Source of the DNA: Candidatus Firestonebacteria bacterium RIFOXYD2_FULL_39_29
Lineage (GTDB): Bacteria; Oederibacteriota; D2-FULL-39-29
Assembly (NCBI GenBank): GCA_001778375.1
Contig: MFGV01000074.1
Coordinates: forward strand, 9,651 to 73,650
Length of the DNA: 64,000 nt
Reading direction: 5' to 3'
This document shows, one piece after another, positions 1 through 9,607 of this stretch (its first letter is position 1; every line of letters begins with the position of its first letter). The notes under the pieces are model-generated. The model saw only the letters and a program-made list of their open reading frames with translations, was not told the DNA's origin and did not search any database. The translations under genes and the position numbers were made by a program.

Positions 1-5
1 ATCTG

Positions 6-1268
6 GTGTATCTTATTCAGCAGGAACCTCCGGAGATTGTTTCTCTTATTATGACTTATTTAAGCCAGGAGGAGGCTGCAGAGGTTATGTCGGCGCTTCC
101 GCTGGAGCAGCAGGCTAAAGTTGCGCTTGCTATGGCGCAGGTAAAGCAGGCAACTGCGGAGAGTGTGATAAAAGCGGAGGAAGAAATAAAAAGAAAGATA
201 GACTTTCTGGTCGGCGGTGTTGAAAGATTTATCGGGATACTGGATCGCCTGGATAAGACAACCAGAGATGAGATTTTAGAGGCCCTGGAGAAAGAAAGTC
301 CCGCGCTTGCGGAAAAGATCAGGAAAGAAGTATTCGCCTTTGAAAATGTTGTTGACCTTGAGGATGCTGCGCTCCAGCTTGTCCTTAGAGAGATAAAAAC
401 AGATGTACTTGCCAAAGGTTTGACCAGTGCGCCTGTTGAAATAGTTGAAAAAGTAAAAAAGAACATATCTACCGGCGCTCAAACCCTGCTCCAGGAAGAA
501 ATGAACCTCGTGGGTTACTTGACCCCGATGCAAATAGAAGAAGAACGCGCAAAAATTGTCAATTCCATTAAAAAACTTGAAAAAGAAGGAAAGATCTCTC
601 TGGGTAAAGGCAAGAAAAGGCGTATGGATAAAATAGGCCGTATTGAAAAACTAGATGCAAGTTTAATAAAAAATGAAGAGGAACAGGCTGTTGCGGATGA
701 AGCTGCTGTGGGCGGAGAAAATACCCCTTCTAGAACTGATTTTAGCGAAAAGAAAGTAAGCATAAAAGATTATGAGGGTAAGAATACCGGAAAAGTGCTT
801 TCAATGGTCAATATCTTTAGACAGGTGGAAAATACCCCTGCAGAGAAGACGGAAGCAAAAGCAGGAGGGGAAGTAAAAGAAGAAAAAGAAGGATTGTTTG
901 TCTCGAAAAAGACGGCAGCAGGGGGCCAGAGGACGGAGGTCGGAGGGCAGAAACCTGCGGCGGCCGCGCCGGCACAGGGCGCTGCAAAAGCAACCGGGCC
1001 TGAAGATATGACCACGGTATATAATAGAGGCATAACCGCCTATAAAGAAAAAAGATTTGATGATGCTATTAAGGACTTCCAAAAATGTCTGGCTTTGAAT
1101 CCAAATCTCTGGCAGATTTATCAATATATCGGGAATTGTTTTTACGCGAAGAAAAATTTAGTAGAAACAGTGCGGGCGTATCAGAAATCTCTTAGTATTA
1201 ATCCGAATAACCCGCAGCTTTCCGCCTGGATGAAGGATTACAACGCGAGGAACAAGACGGCTTTATAG
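6..1268 (+). CDS. FliG middle/C-terminal-like domain protein with low-complexity linker and C-terminal TPR; probably 5'-truncated by the window edge
   Basis: EPPEIVSLIMTYL, GGVE and FAFENV resemble the FliG EHPQ/GG/MFxF motifs; the C-terminus has TPR helices (YNRG..AY...A...F.KCL.LNP); the frame is open to the window start. Confidence 0.7.
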   Translation: MYLIQQEPPEIVSLIMTYLSQEEAAEVMSALPLEQQAKVALAMAQVKQATAESVIKAEEEIKRKIDFLVGGVERFIGILDRLDKTTRDEILEALEKESPALAEKIRKEVFAFENVVDLEDAALQLVLREIKTDVLAKGLTSAPVEIVEKVKKNISTGAQTLLQEEMNLVGYLTPMQIEEERAKIVNSIKKLEKEGKISLGKGKKRRMDKIGRIEKLDASLIKNEEEQAVADEAAVGGENTPSRTDFSEKKVSIKDYEGKNTGKVLSMVNIFRQVENTPAEKTEAKAGGEVKEEKEGLFVSKKTAAGGQRTEVGGQKPAAAAPAQGAAKATGPEDMTTVYNRGITAYKEKRFDDAIKDFQKCLALNPNLWQIYQYIGNCFYAKKNLVETVRAYQKSLSINPNNPQLSAWMKDYNARNKTAL

Positions 1269-1281
1269 ATGCGCGGAAGCG

Positions 1282-1412
1282 CAGAGGCTCAGAGGCTCAG
1301 AGGCGTAGCAAGAATAGAACGGATGCTTGGATGCTCGGATGCTCGGATGCGCAGCAAGAACAAAAAGATGAGAGTTTTAAGGTTTAGGATTTAGTGCTTA
1401 GTTATTAGTGAT
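1282..1412. repeat. Degenerate 8-mer and 7-mer tandem repeats (CAGAGGCT x3, (C/T)GGATGCT x4, TTTAG.. heptamers)
   Basis: Read directly at 1282-1305, 1320-1351 and ~1383-1412. Confidence 0.8.
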
Positions 1413-1420
1413 TTGCTTTT

Positions 1421-4400
1421 ATGGAGGTTTTTGTGGTTGATGACATGGGCTTACCGCCTATGCCGGAAGGCGAAGAGAAGCAAAACGGCGGACCGGCTTT
1501 GCCGGATTTTCCTTCGGAAGGTGCAGATGCGTCCGGAATAGGATTTCCGTCTATGGATCCAAGTTTACCTGTTGAGACCCCTTCTATGGAAATACCTTCT
1601 GATTTGTCTAAAGTTTCCGGTTTTGCAGCTAAAACAGAAACCGATAATCCCTTTCTGGATAATTCCTTCTTTAAAGCACCTGTTTCCCTTCAAAGAGAAA
1701 AAGATCTTGCGGATAAACTTATAACGACACAGAGCAGTTTGCAGAAGAAAGAACTTGAAATAAATGAAGTAAAAGAAAAACTGCAGAGAGAGCTGGAAGA
1801 ATCAAGAATCAAATTTGACGCGCAAAAACAGGAGCTCAAGAAAGAGATTGATACTTACCGTCAGAAACTTGAAAAGGACAAAGAGCAGTGGAGTAAAGTT
1901 GTTACCGAAAAAGAAAATGAAGTAAGACGGATCAGAGATACTCTGAACAATAAAGATCAGCTGGTGAACGATAAAATAATCGAAGTAGAAACTGAGCTGA
2001 AAAGCAAAATGAGCAGAGAGCACTCCCGCCTGGCTGAAGAGAAAAAATCTCTTGAGAAAAAGAATACCGAGCTGGAAAGCCGGCTTAAAGAAATAGAAGG
2101 CGGCTGGAAGAAAAAAGAACAGGAAGTGCGGGACCTTCAAGAAAAGGCTTTGAACGAACTTAGAAATGCGGAGGAGAAGCTTCAGGAAGAACGGGAAAAA
2201 ACCTGGTTGAAGACTTTAAAGGCAAAAGAAGACGAGATAAATTCCATGAAAGTCGAAATTACTCTTCAGGAATCCAAAATCCGCGCAGTACTTGAAAAAA
2301 AACAGGACGAAGTCAGGGATATTGAGGAAAAAACAGGCAGAACAATAAAGGATAAAACGGAGAAAATTGGAAAAGAAAAAGAAAATATCCTTGAAGTGCT
2401 TGCGGCCCGGGAGAAAGAGATAAACACTCTTAAAGAGGCTTTTGCCGACAGGGAGAAATATCTGGCGGGGAAAGTTGAAGATGCGGAGATGGATGGCAAG
2501 CTTGCCCTTGCTAAGTTTGATCAGGAACTAAAAGAGAGGGAAAAAAACCTCTGGGTGGAGCGTGAAGAATGGATTACGGTACTAAAGGCCCAGTTTAAAG
2601 AAAAAGAACGGGAATTAAAAGAGCAGCTGGAAAAAGAAAGAATTTCCCTTGCCGGTGAAGAACAGGAATTGAAAGGGGCTTTTGAGAAAGAAAGAACAGG
2701 TTTGAAAGAGCAGCTGGAAAAAGAAAGGGTTATTCTTAAGGAAAAAGAGCTTGAACTGAAAGAAGCGTTTGAAAAAGAAAAAGCGGGGTTAAAAGAAAAA
2801 GAAAATTCTTTTGGCCATGAACGGGATAAACTTCTTGAGCTTTTAAATGCCAAGGACGGGGAAATTAAAGCAATTAGTAATGAACTTAAAACCGTGCTGG
2901 ATAATCGCGAGAAAGAATTCGAAGCGCTGCGAAAAGAAATAAGTATCGCTGCAAAAATTAAAGAAACGGAGCTTCTGGCGATCAGGCAGGAATACTCCAG
3001 TGTGACCGAAGGGCGCGACAAAGAAATTGAAGTGCTTAAGTCTGAAATTAGAAATGTTCTTTCGGCCAGGGATAGAGAAGTTGCCGCAACAAAAGCGGAA
3101 GCCAGAGCTCTGCTGGAAAAAAAGGAAATAGAAATTAAAGTATTTACTGAAGAAAAGGATAGAGAGATTAAAGAGGCGAAAGACGGACTTCTGGCTTTGG
3201 GTGAGCTTAAGGAAAAAGAAAAGGCCGGGCTTGTTAGGGATTTCCTGGATAAAGAGGCGGAATTAAGGCGGAAGGCCTATGAACTGGAAGCGCGTGCGCT
3301 GGATGCGGTTAAAAAGGTAAGTGATAACGATGAACTCTGGAAACAAAGGATAACTCTGAAAGAAGCGGAGTTGACGGCGCTAAAAAGCGAGCTATCAAGA
3401 CAGGAAGCAGCGTTTAACGAGGCGTTTCTGCAGAAAGGGCGCGAGTTGAAAGAATTTGAGGAAACCTTTCTTGCGGAAAAGGCCGCGCTTGCCGAAAAGC
3501 TTTCGCTGAAGGATTATGAGTTCTCTTCTGAAATAGCAAAAAAAGAACAGGTGCTTGCTTCGCTGGAAGAAAAAATAAAAGAGAGTGAAGGTGTCTGGCA
3601 GTCCCGTCTTGAACAACAGAAAAAACAGCTTTATGACAGACTGAGTGAAAAAGACGAAAGTGCTTTTAAACAAATGGAAGAGAACCGGCTTCTGATAATT
3701 AAATTGAAAACAGAAGAAGACGAGCTGCTCCGTAAAGAACAGGAATACCGGTTCTTTATATCTCAATATGAAGAAAAAGAGAAACAATATAAGAAACTTC
3801 TGGAGGAGCAGATCCTGAATCTTCGTAAACTTGAAGAAGACCGTGCGGCGGATTTTGGAAGAACCCAGGAGCGTCTTAAAAACCTGGAAAATACTATAAC
3901 GGAAAAGGACAATGAAAAGCGGCGTCTGGAAACTGAACTTAACATCAGAAACGGCGTTATTTTTGAAAAAGAAGAGAAGCTCCGTGAACTTGAACTTTTT
4001 ATGCGCCGGCTTGAACATGATAAACAGTTGCTTTCCGAGGACCTGGAAAGAAGCAGAGCAGAGGTAAACAGGGTGAAAGAAGGCACTTTGTATGAGTTAT
4101 CCGGACTTAAGGAAGATAATGAAAGACTGCAAAAAGCTCTGGCAGAGAAAAGTATTGCGATAGAAAGCTTAAGAAGTACCCTTTTCAAGTTAAATGAAGA
4201 AAGCGCAAACGTGGAAAGAGAGTATAATGTCGAAACTTCCGGTAAAGCAGCGCTTCTTTCTGAACTCGAAAGGGTAAAAGTAGAACTTAAGGTACTGAAA
4301 GAACAGGGCCAGAGCGGTAATCTTTCTTCTCAGATGAAAGACAAAGATACTATAATAATAAGTTTAAACGATACTATATCTAAAATAGAAAAAGAAAAAG

Positions 4401-5935
4401 CTGCTATCAAAGAGCTTATCCTGGAAAAGAGTAAAGCTGAGGAAACAAAAGATAAAGAACTGAAAGATCTTATGTATACGGTTTCAAATCTGACAGAAGA
4501 TAAGAATAAGTTTGAGTTTAAGACCAAAGAACTTGAATCAGATCGCGAAAATGCGCTTAATGAATTAAATATTGCGCAAAAAGAGCTGATCAGGCTTCAA
4601 ACAGAAGCTGATACTTTGAAACTTTCCTATGAGGAAAAGCTGGATAATGAACGTAATAATCTTGGATTGGAAATAGAAAGAGTGAAAAGAGAGACGGAAG
4701 AGTTTAGCAGTATTTCCTGTCTTCAATTTGATACGGAGAAAAACCGGCTGCTTCAGGAGATTGACAGCTTGAAAGCGGAGCTGATAACGACAGGTAATGT
4801 TCTTGATGCGGTTAAAAAAGAAAACCAGATGAAACTGGAAGAACAAAAAAGATGTTTGGAAGAGGAATTAAATAATAAAGTGAAAGCGCTGGCTGATGAG
4901 AAAGAGGAAATTATCCGCAATCTGACGGAAGAAATAAATAGAAATCTTGAGGAAAAAGAAACCTCTGCCGGAAATTATGAAGAACGCCTGATGCAGTTGA
5001 AAGAAGAGATAGACAGGAGGGATGTTGAACTTAACAGGATAAAGAGCGGAATAGATTCCAATCTGTCCAAGCTGGATGAGCAGAACAGGTATATTGAAGA
5101 GCTTAAGAATGAAGTTGCGGCTGCAGGTGACAATCTAAGATCAAAAGAGGAAGAGACAGCTGCGGTAAAAGAAATTATAAAGAATAAAGAAGTTGATAAT
5201 CAGAAACTTCAGGTGGAGCTCGGAGGACTTCTTACAAGGTCGGACGAACTTTCAAAGCTTGCAGGGGAAAAGGATAATCAGATTAACAATCTTACTCAGG
5301 ACTTCAATGGGAAGCTTGAGGCTTTGGCGGAAGTTTTGAAAGTTAAAGAAAGAGATCTTGAAACAGCAAAAGAAAAGGCTGTCGAGCTTGAGAATCGGAT
5401 AAAAAATGATTACGAGATGAAGGAAGAAGAACTAAAACTTGCTATAGGCCGGCTTCAGATGCAGCTGAAAGAGATTACAGGAAGACACGAAACGGAGCTT
5501 AAAGCTGAAAAACAAAAACTTCAGTCTATTCAGGCTGAATACGCTCTTCGCGAGGCCCAGTGGAGTTCACAAAAAGATAAGGAAAAAGAGACCAGAGGTC
5601 AGATGGCCGATATGGAAGCGTCTTACATGAAACTAAAAAAAGATTCTTCAGATAATACCGCTAAGTTTACCTCTGAACTGGAAAGTGCGCAGTTAAGTAT
5701 TTCTGCTTTTGAAGTCCGCATAAGGGAAAGCGAAGAAAAAATACAAAAGCTGGATAAAGAAAATGATGTTCTTGCCGATCAGCTTATGAAAGAGACGGAA
5801 GAAAAAGAAAAGTTGTTAAAAATACATATGGATATAGAGTCCCGGCTTAAAGTGCTCAGTGTTTCCCTGAAAGATCTTCGTAAAAGATTCAAATTTGTTT
5901 TATGGCTGTGGTACCCGAATGAACCGAGAAACTAA
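1421..5935 (+). CDS. Very large coiled-coil protein (1504 aa) with Pro-rich N-terminus and hydrophobic C-terminal tail
   Basis: E/K/L-rich heptads throughout, an internal 29-aa repeat (KEQLEKER...), no Walker motifs seen. Confidence 0.8.
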   Translation: MEVFVVDDMGLPPMPEGEEKQNGGPALPDFPSEGADASGIGFPSMDPSLPVETPSMEIPSDLSKVSGFAAKTETDNPFLDNSFFKAPVSLQREKDLADKLITTQSSLQKKELEINEVKEKLQRELEESRIKFDAQKQELKKEIDTYRQKLEKDKEQWSKVVTEKENEVRRIRDTLNNKDQLVNDKIIEVETELKSKMSREHSRLAEEKKSLEKKNTELESRLKEIEGGWKKKEQEVRDLQEKALNELRNAEEKLQEEREKTWLKTLKAKEDEINSMKVEITLQESKIRAVLEKKQDEVRDIEEKTGRTIKDKTEKIGKEKENILEVLAAREKEINTLKEAFADREKYLAGKVEDAEMDGKLALAKFDQELKEREKNLWVEREEWITVLKAQFKEKERELKEQLEKERISLAGEEQELKGAFEKERTGLKEQLEKERVILKEKELELKEAFEKEKAGLKEKENSFGHERDKLLELLNAKDGEIKAISNELKTVLDNREKEFEALRKEISIAAKIKETELLAIRQEYSSVTEGRDKEIEVLKSEIRNVLSARDREVAATKAEARALLEKKEIEIKVFTEEKDREIKEAKDGLLALGELKEKEKAGLVRDFLDKEAELRRKAYELEARALDAVKKVSDNDELWKQRITLKEAELTALKSELSRQEAAFNEAFLQKGRELKEFEETFLAEKAALAEKLSLKDYEFSSEIAKKEQVLASLEEKIKESEGVWQSRLEQQKKQLYDRLSEKDESAFKQMEENRLLIIKLKTEEDELLRKEQEYRFFISQYEEKEKQYKKLLEEQILNLRKLEEDRAADFGRTQERLKNLENTITEKDNEKRRLETELNIRNGVIFEKEEKLRELELFMRRLEHDKQLLSEDLERSRAEVNRVKEGTLYELSGLKEDNERLQKALAEKSIAIESLRSTLFKLNEESANVEREYNVETSGKAALLSELERVKVELKVLKEQGQSGNLSSQMKDKDTIIISLNDTISKIEKEKAAIKELILEKSKAEETKDKELKDLMYTVSNLTEDKNKFEFKTKELESDRENALNELNIAQKELIRLQTEADTLKLSYEEKLDNERNNLGLEIERVKRETEEFSSISCLQFDTEKNRLLQEIDSLKAELITTGNVLDAVKKENQMKLEEQKRCLEEELNNKVKALADEKEEIIRNLTEEINRNLEEKETSAGNYEERLMQLKEEIDRRDVELNRIKSGIDSNLSKLDEQNRYIEELKNEVAAAGDNLRSKEEETAAVKEIIKNKEVDNQKLQVELGGLLTRSDELSKLAGEKDNQINNLTQDFNGKLEALAEVLKVKERDLETAKEKAVELENRIKNDYEMKEEELKLAIGRLQMQLKEITGRHETELKAEKQKLQSIQAEYALREAQWSSQKDKEKETRGQMADMEASYMKLKKDSSDNTAKFTSELESAQLSISAFEVRIRESEEKIQKLDKENDVLADQLMKETEEKEKLLKIHMDIESRLKVLSVSLKDLRKRFKFVLWLWYPNEPRN

Positions 5936-6047
5936 AACAAACTCGAAATTTTAAATTCGAAATTCGAAGAAAAAGCAAGCGTAAAAAAAAGAAAAAAAGT
6001 GCTTTAAATGTGAGTTTTTTGTTGCTCTTTTTTAAGGTTTAGAATTT

Positions 6048-6079
6048 TCCGCCTTTGGCGAGATCTCGCTTTCAGCGGA
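6048..6079. repeat. 32-bp double-hairpin micro-insertion (TCCGCC-TTT-GGCG-AGATCT-CGCT-TTC-AGCGGA)
   Basis: Removing it restores the heptamer-periodic background TTTAGAA TTTCGAG TTTAGTA CTTCGAA; related copies at 15051 and 21029. Confidence 0.7.
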
Positions 6080-6120
6080 CGAGTTTAGTACTTCGAATTT
6101 ATTTGTTTACCGGGGGGTTG

Positions 6121-6834
6121 ATGTCTAAAATTAATACAAATATCAAAGACAAGATTATAGTGGCTCTCGATTATTCTGATGAAAAGACTGCGTTAAGTAT
6201 TGCGGAGAAAGTTGCGCCTTATGTCGGAGTTTTTAAAGTTGGGTTTGAACTTTTCATTTCAGCAGGACCTTCCATCGTAAGTAAAATTCATTCTTTGGGC
6301 GGAAAAGTATTTTTGGATTTAAAATTTCATGATATTCCCAATACGGTGGCAAAAGCAGCGGCTTCCGCGGCAGATATGAATGTTTTTATACTTAATGTTC
6401 ATGCTTCCGGAGGGCTTGAGATGATGAAAAAAGCGGCGGAAGAAATTAAAAAATCAAAAAATCATCCTATACTTATTGCGGTAACAGTTCTAACCAGTAT
6501 GAATAGCGGGATTTTAAAAAACGAATTAAATATAGCGTCAACAGCCGCAGAACAGGTTGTGCGTCTTGCAAAACTGGCAAAAGAAGCGGGACTTTCGGGT
6601 GTTGTCGCCTCCGGAGAAGAAATAACATCGATAAAAAATGCTTGTGGTAAGGATTTCAAAGTGATTGTTCCGGGTGTCAGACCGGATTGGTCTGCTAAAA
6701 ATGACCAGAAACGCATAGTCACTCCGGAAGAAGCCATAGAAAGAGGCGCGGATTTCATAGTTGTAGGCCGACCCATTACCGGAGCAGAAAATGTTGTTGA
6801 AGCGGCAAAAAAAATACTCTCGGAAATATCCTGA
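6121..6834 (+). CDS. pyrF: Orotidine-5'-phosphate decarboxylase
   Basis: IIVALD, KVG, DLKFHDIPNTV, VTVLTS, PGVRP, DQKR and VGRPIT motifs; start placed at ATG 6121. Confidence 0.97.
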   Translation: MSKINTNIKDKIIVALDYSDEKTALSIAEKVAPYVGVFKVGFELFISAGPSIVSKIHSLGGKVFLDLKFHDIPNTVAKAAASAADMNVFILNVHASGGLEMMKKAAEEIKKSKNHPILIAVTVLTSMNSGILKNELNIASTAAEQVVRLAKLAKEAGLSGVVASGEEITSIKNACGKDFKVIVPGVRPDWSAKNDQKRIVTPEEAIERGADFIVVGRPITGAENVVEAAKKILSEIS

Positions 6835-6946
6835 CTTTTGGTGGATATTCTTAGAAAACCCGCTGTAGTCTTTGCATTGTAAAAGTCATAAGAATGCATG
6901 ATATTCGTCAATCTTAATATGTGATTAAAATCACCAAATTGGAGCA

Positions 6947-6975
6947 TTGACAAAACCCTTCTTCTATAATATACT
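6947..6975 (+). promoter_or_regulatory. sigma70-type promoter
   Basis: TTGACA-17 bp-TATACT upstream of the AGGAGG RBS of the 7011 gene. Confidence 0.7.
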
Positions 6976-7010
6976 TAATATAATAAACTATTAAATCAAG
7001 GAGGAACTTT

Positions 7011-8867
7011 ATGAGAAAAGTTTTAGTTCTGGTGTTAATGTTCTGTTTAACCACGGCTGCTTTTGCCGTTGAGCTTTCTACTGCTAAAATATCGGCGGTA
7101 ACAGGCGTTGCGGAAACTTCAAAGATAGATGAAAATAAAAAACAGGTATGGTCTCCTGTCAAGGTTGATCTGGTTCTGAACCAGGGGGATGAAATAAGGA
7201 CTAGAGAAGGGAAAGTTGAGCTTACGTTTGAGGACGGAAGTAAAATTAATCTAAAAGAAAATACATCGCTCTCTCTTAATAAGCTTAAAGATAAGGATCA
7301 GACCGGAGATACGATTGTAAAGCTTTGGATAGGCAAGATTAGATCAAAGTTTACGATTCAAAAAGATGATTCTACTTTTCAGGTTCAGACAAAAAATATA
7401 ATAGCGGCGGTAAAAGGTACGGATTTTAGTTTGGATGCCGACACTAACGGGTCAGATCTTGTTGTATTTGACGGTATTGTTTCAATGAAAGATCCGATTG
7501 GTAAAAAAGAAATATTTGTAAAAGCCGGAGAAAAGGCTTCTTTTGCGGGTGCTTTTGAAGGGAAACCGGAGGAAATGTCAAAGGAAGAAAAAGAAAAGCA
7601 GGATGAAGAGTGGAAGGATAAACCAAAGGAAGAAAAAAAAGAAGAGAAGAAAGCAGAAGAAAAAAAAGATGAGGAAAAGAAAGCAGAAGCTCCTGTAGTG
7701 CCGCCAAAAGAAGCGGCTAAAGCTCCCGAGAATGCGGGTGATGCTGGTTTTGGCGGAAGTTTTGGAGCTGTTTCCATTGATGGCAAGACTTATTATATGA
7801 TGAGTTTCCTTTATGAACTTACGCTTGGAAAATTTGGAGCGGGCTTTGATATCAGATTACTTTGGAATGATGATGGAGTAAAAGAGGATGATTGGAAAGA
7901 CTGGCAGAAGTCGGCTCAAAATATGTTTAAATACATCCGTTACGGCTTAAAGGGAGAACCTCTTTATGTTAAACTTGGAGTGCTTAACGATTCCACTCTT
8001 GGTCATGGATTCTTAGTCCGGAGATATTCAAATATCGGAATAGATCTGAATAAAAGGACTTTTGGATTGGAGTTAGACATTAAACAGGGCGCTATAGGTT
8101 TGGAAGGTCTGACAAATGATATTATGAAGAGAAGATTATATGCAGGACGTTTGTATTATGATATAATCCCTAATTTCCTTCAGGCAGGTGTTTCCGGAGT
8201 TTATGATATTAATCCGGCAGAGGATAAATATCAACTGGTCGGTACAGATAAAGTGGCTCTGCCTGAAGCCGGTCCGCTGGTAGAATATGGCGCGGATGTG
8301 GGAATATCTCTTATTAAAACACCTATATTAAGTGCCTTGATTTATGCGGATTATGGTATCTTTCGTGACGGCGGGGAAGGTTTTGCGGCTCCCGGCATTA
8401 TGGGGAAAATTGCAATTTTTGATTACCAGCTTGAATACAGGTCGCTTCAATCTAACTTCGTAGCGGGTCTTTTTGATTATGTTTATGAAGATAGTCGTCC
8501 TGCAGTGTTACCTTCTGCCGGAGGAGATCGTTTAAGGGGTGTCTTTGGACAGCTTGGTGCGAATCCAGTACCCTGGTTGAAAATAGTTGCAGCTTATGAG
8601 CAGTATGAAGGTTCATTACCTTATATTAGGGCAGAAGCTTCTTATAGAGGCAATTTCATTCCGAAGATTTCTGAAGTAGCAGTCGGTTATGAACAAAAAG
8701 ACATTGATATGGTTACCATAAAAAGTCCAAATACCGTGGCTTACGGAAGAGTTGGAATGGAAATGGCCCCGGGTGTTATCTTTCTTTTCACAGTACGGCA
8801 GACATATGATCCGCTGTTGGATCTTTTTAAGAGATCCACGATGATGGCAATGCAGATGAAATTCTAA
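7011..8867 (+). CDS. Secreted FecR-domain protein fused through a charged linker to a probable outer-membrane beta-barrel
   Basis: Signal peptide; GDEIRT..ELTFEDGS..L.ENT and AAVKGTDF FecR motifs; amphipathic beta C-terminal half ending in Phe. Confidence 0.7.
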   Translation: MRKVLVLVLMFCLTTAAFAVELSTAKISAVTGVAETSKIDENKKQVWSPVKVDLVLNQGDEIRTREGKVELTFEDGSKINLKENTSLSLNKLKDKDQTGDTIVKLWIGKIRSKFTIQKDDSTFQVQTKNIIAAVKGTDFSLDADTNGSDLVVFDGIVSMKDPIGKKEIFVKAGEKASFAGAFEGKPEEMSKEEKEKQDEEWKDKPKEEKKEEKKAEEKKDEEKKAEAPVVPPKEAAKAPENAGDAGFGGSFGAVSIDGKTYYMMSFLYELTLGKFGAGFDIRLLWNDDGVKEDDWKDWQKSAQNMFKYIRYGLKGEPLYVKLGVLNDSTLGHGFLVRRYSNIGIDLNKRTFGLELDIKQGAIGLEGLTNDIMKRRLYAGRLYYDIIPNFLQAGVSGVYDINPAEDKYQLVGTDKVALPEAGPLVEYGADVGISLIKTPILSALIYADYGIFRDGGEGFAAPGIMGKIAIFDYQLEYRSLQSNFVAGLFDYVYEDSRPAVLPSAGGDRLRGVFGQLGANPVPWLKIVAAYEQYEGSLPYIRAEASYRGNFIPKISEVAVGYEQKDIDMVTIKSPNTVAYGRVGMEMAPGVIFLFTVRQTYDPLLDLFKRSTMMAMQMKF

Positions 8868-8930
8868 AGATAGGTTCCTGGGTTCTAGGCTCTGGATGCT
8901 AGGAAAGCAATGCGAATTAAAAAGATTACT

Positions 8931-8967
8931 CAAACTCCGGGTTCGATTAGAATCCGGAGTTTGTTTG
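8931..8967 (+). terminator. Intrinsic terminator-like hairpin
   Basis: CAAACTCCGGGTTC...GAATCCGGAGTTTG followed by TTT. Confidence 0.55.
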
Positions 8968-9033
8968 ATAAATATAATACCATAAATAGTCACTAGTCAT
9001 TAGTCGTTAGTCATTTTTTTTTTTGGAGCTAGC

Positions 9034-9363
9034 ATGAAAAAGGCAGCCGATCTTCGGGGAAAAATATTTAATACTAAAGCTTTTGTTGAATATCAGAAAT
9101 CGGCAGTGGTAAGCCGTGAGTTAATAAACAAAAAAACGGGCACTGTAACAGTTTTTTCCTTTGATAAAGGAGAAGGCTTAAGTGAGCATACTGCTCCTTT
9201 TGATGCGCTTGTTTGTGTTCTGGACGGGAAAGTGTCGATAACTATTTCCGGTAAGTCATATGTTCTTATGCAAGGTGAATTTCTTGTGCTTCCCGCGGGT
9301 AAGCCCCATGCGCTAAAATCAATAACAAAATTTAAGATGATGCTTGTAATGATCAGGTCATAA
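9034..9363 (+). CDS. Cupin domain protein
   Basis: FDKGEGLSEHTAPFDA and PAGKPHAL cupin motifs. Confidence 0.9.
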   Translation: MKKAADLRGKIFNTKAFVEYQKSAVVSRELINKKTGTVTVFSFDKGEGLSEHTAPFDALVCVLDGKVSITISGKSYVLMQGEFLVLPAGKPHALKSITKFKMMLVMIRS

Positions 9364-9370
9364 GGATATT

Positions 9371-9607
9371 GTGAAACCAAATCTCGGAGCGTTCGATAGA
9401 AAAATCAGGCTGGGGGCAGGAATAATTTTAATTCTTATATCAATTCTACTGCCTTTTTTTGCTGCCGCAATACTTGGGGTATATGCTCTGCTTACAGGGC
9501 TTATGGGCTGGTGTCCTTTTAACGGCTTGTTTAGCATAAATACGATTCCTGCCATAAAAAATAACTCTGAAAATACCATTCTACCGGATTCAAACGAGCG
9601 GAAATAA
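9371..9607 (+). CDS. DUF2892/YgaP-like small membrane protein
   Basis: N.G..DR.IR..G and LLTGLMGWCP...F.INT pattern. Confidence 0.85.
   Translation: MKPNLGAFDRKIRLGAGIILILISILLPFFAAAILGVYALLTGLMGWCPFNGLFSINTIPAIKNNSENTILPDSNERK

Noticed and set aside
1421..5935. SMC/SbcC ATPase
   Set aside because: No Walker A/B, signature motif or hinge visible
6055..6120. N-terminal extension of PyrF
   Set aside because: The TTG start lies inside a hairpin insertion; ATG 6121 fits the family
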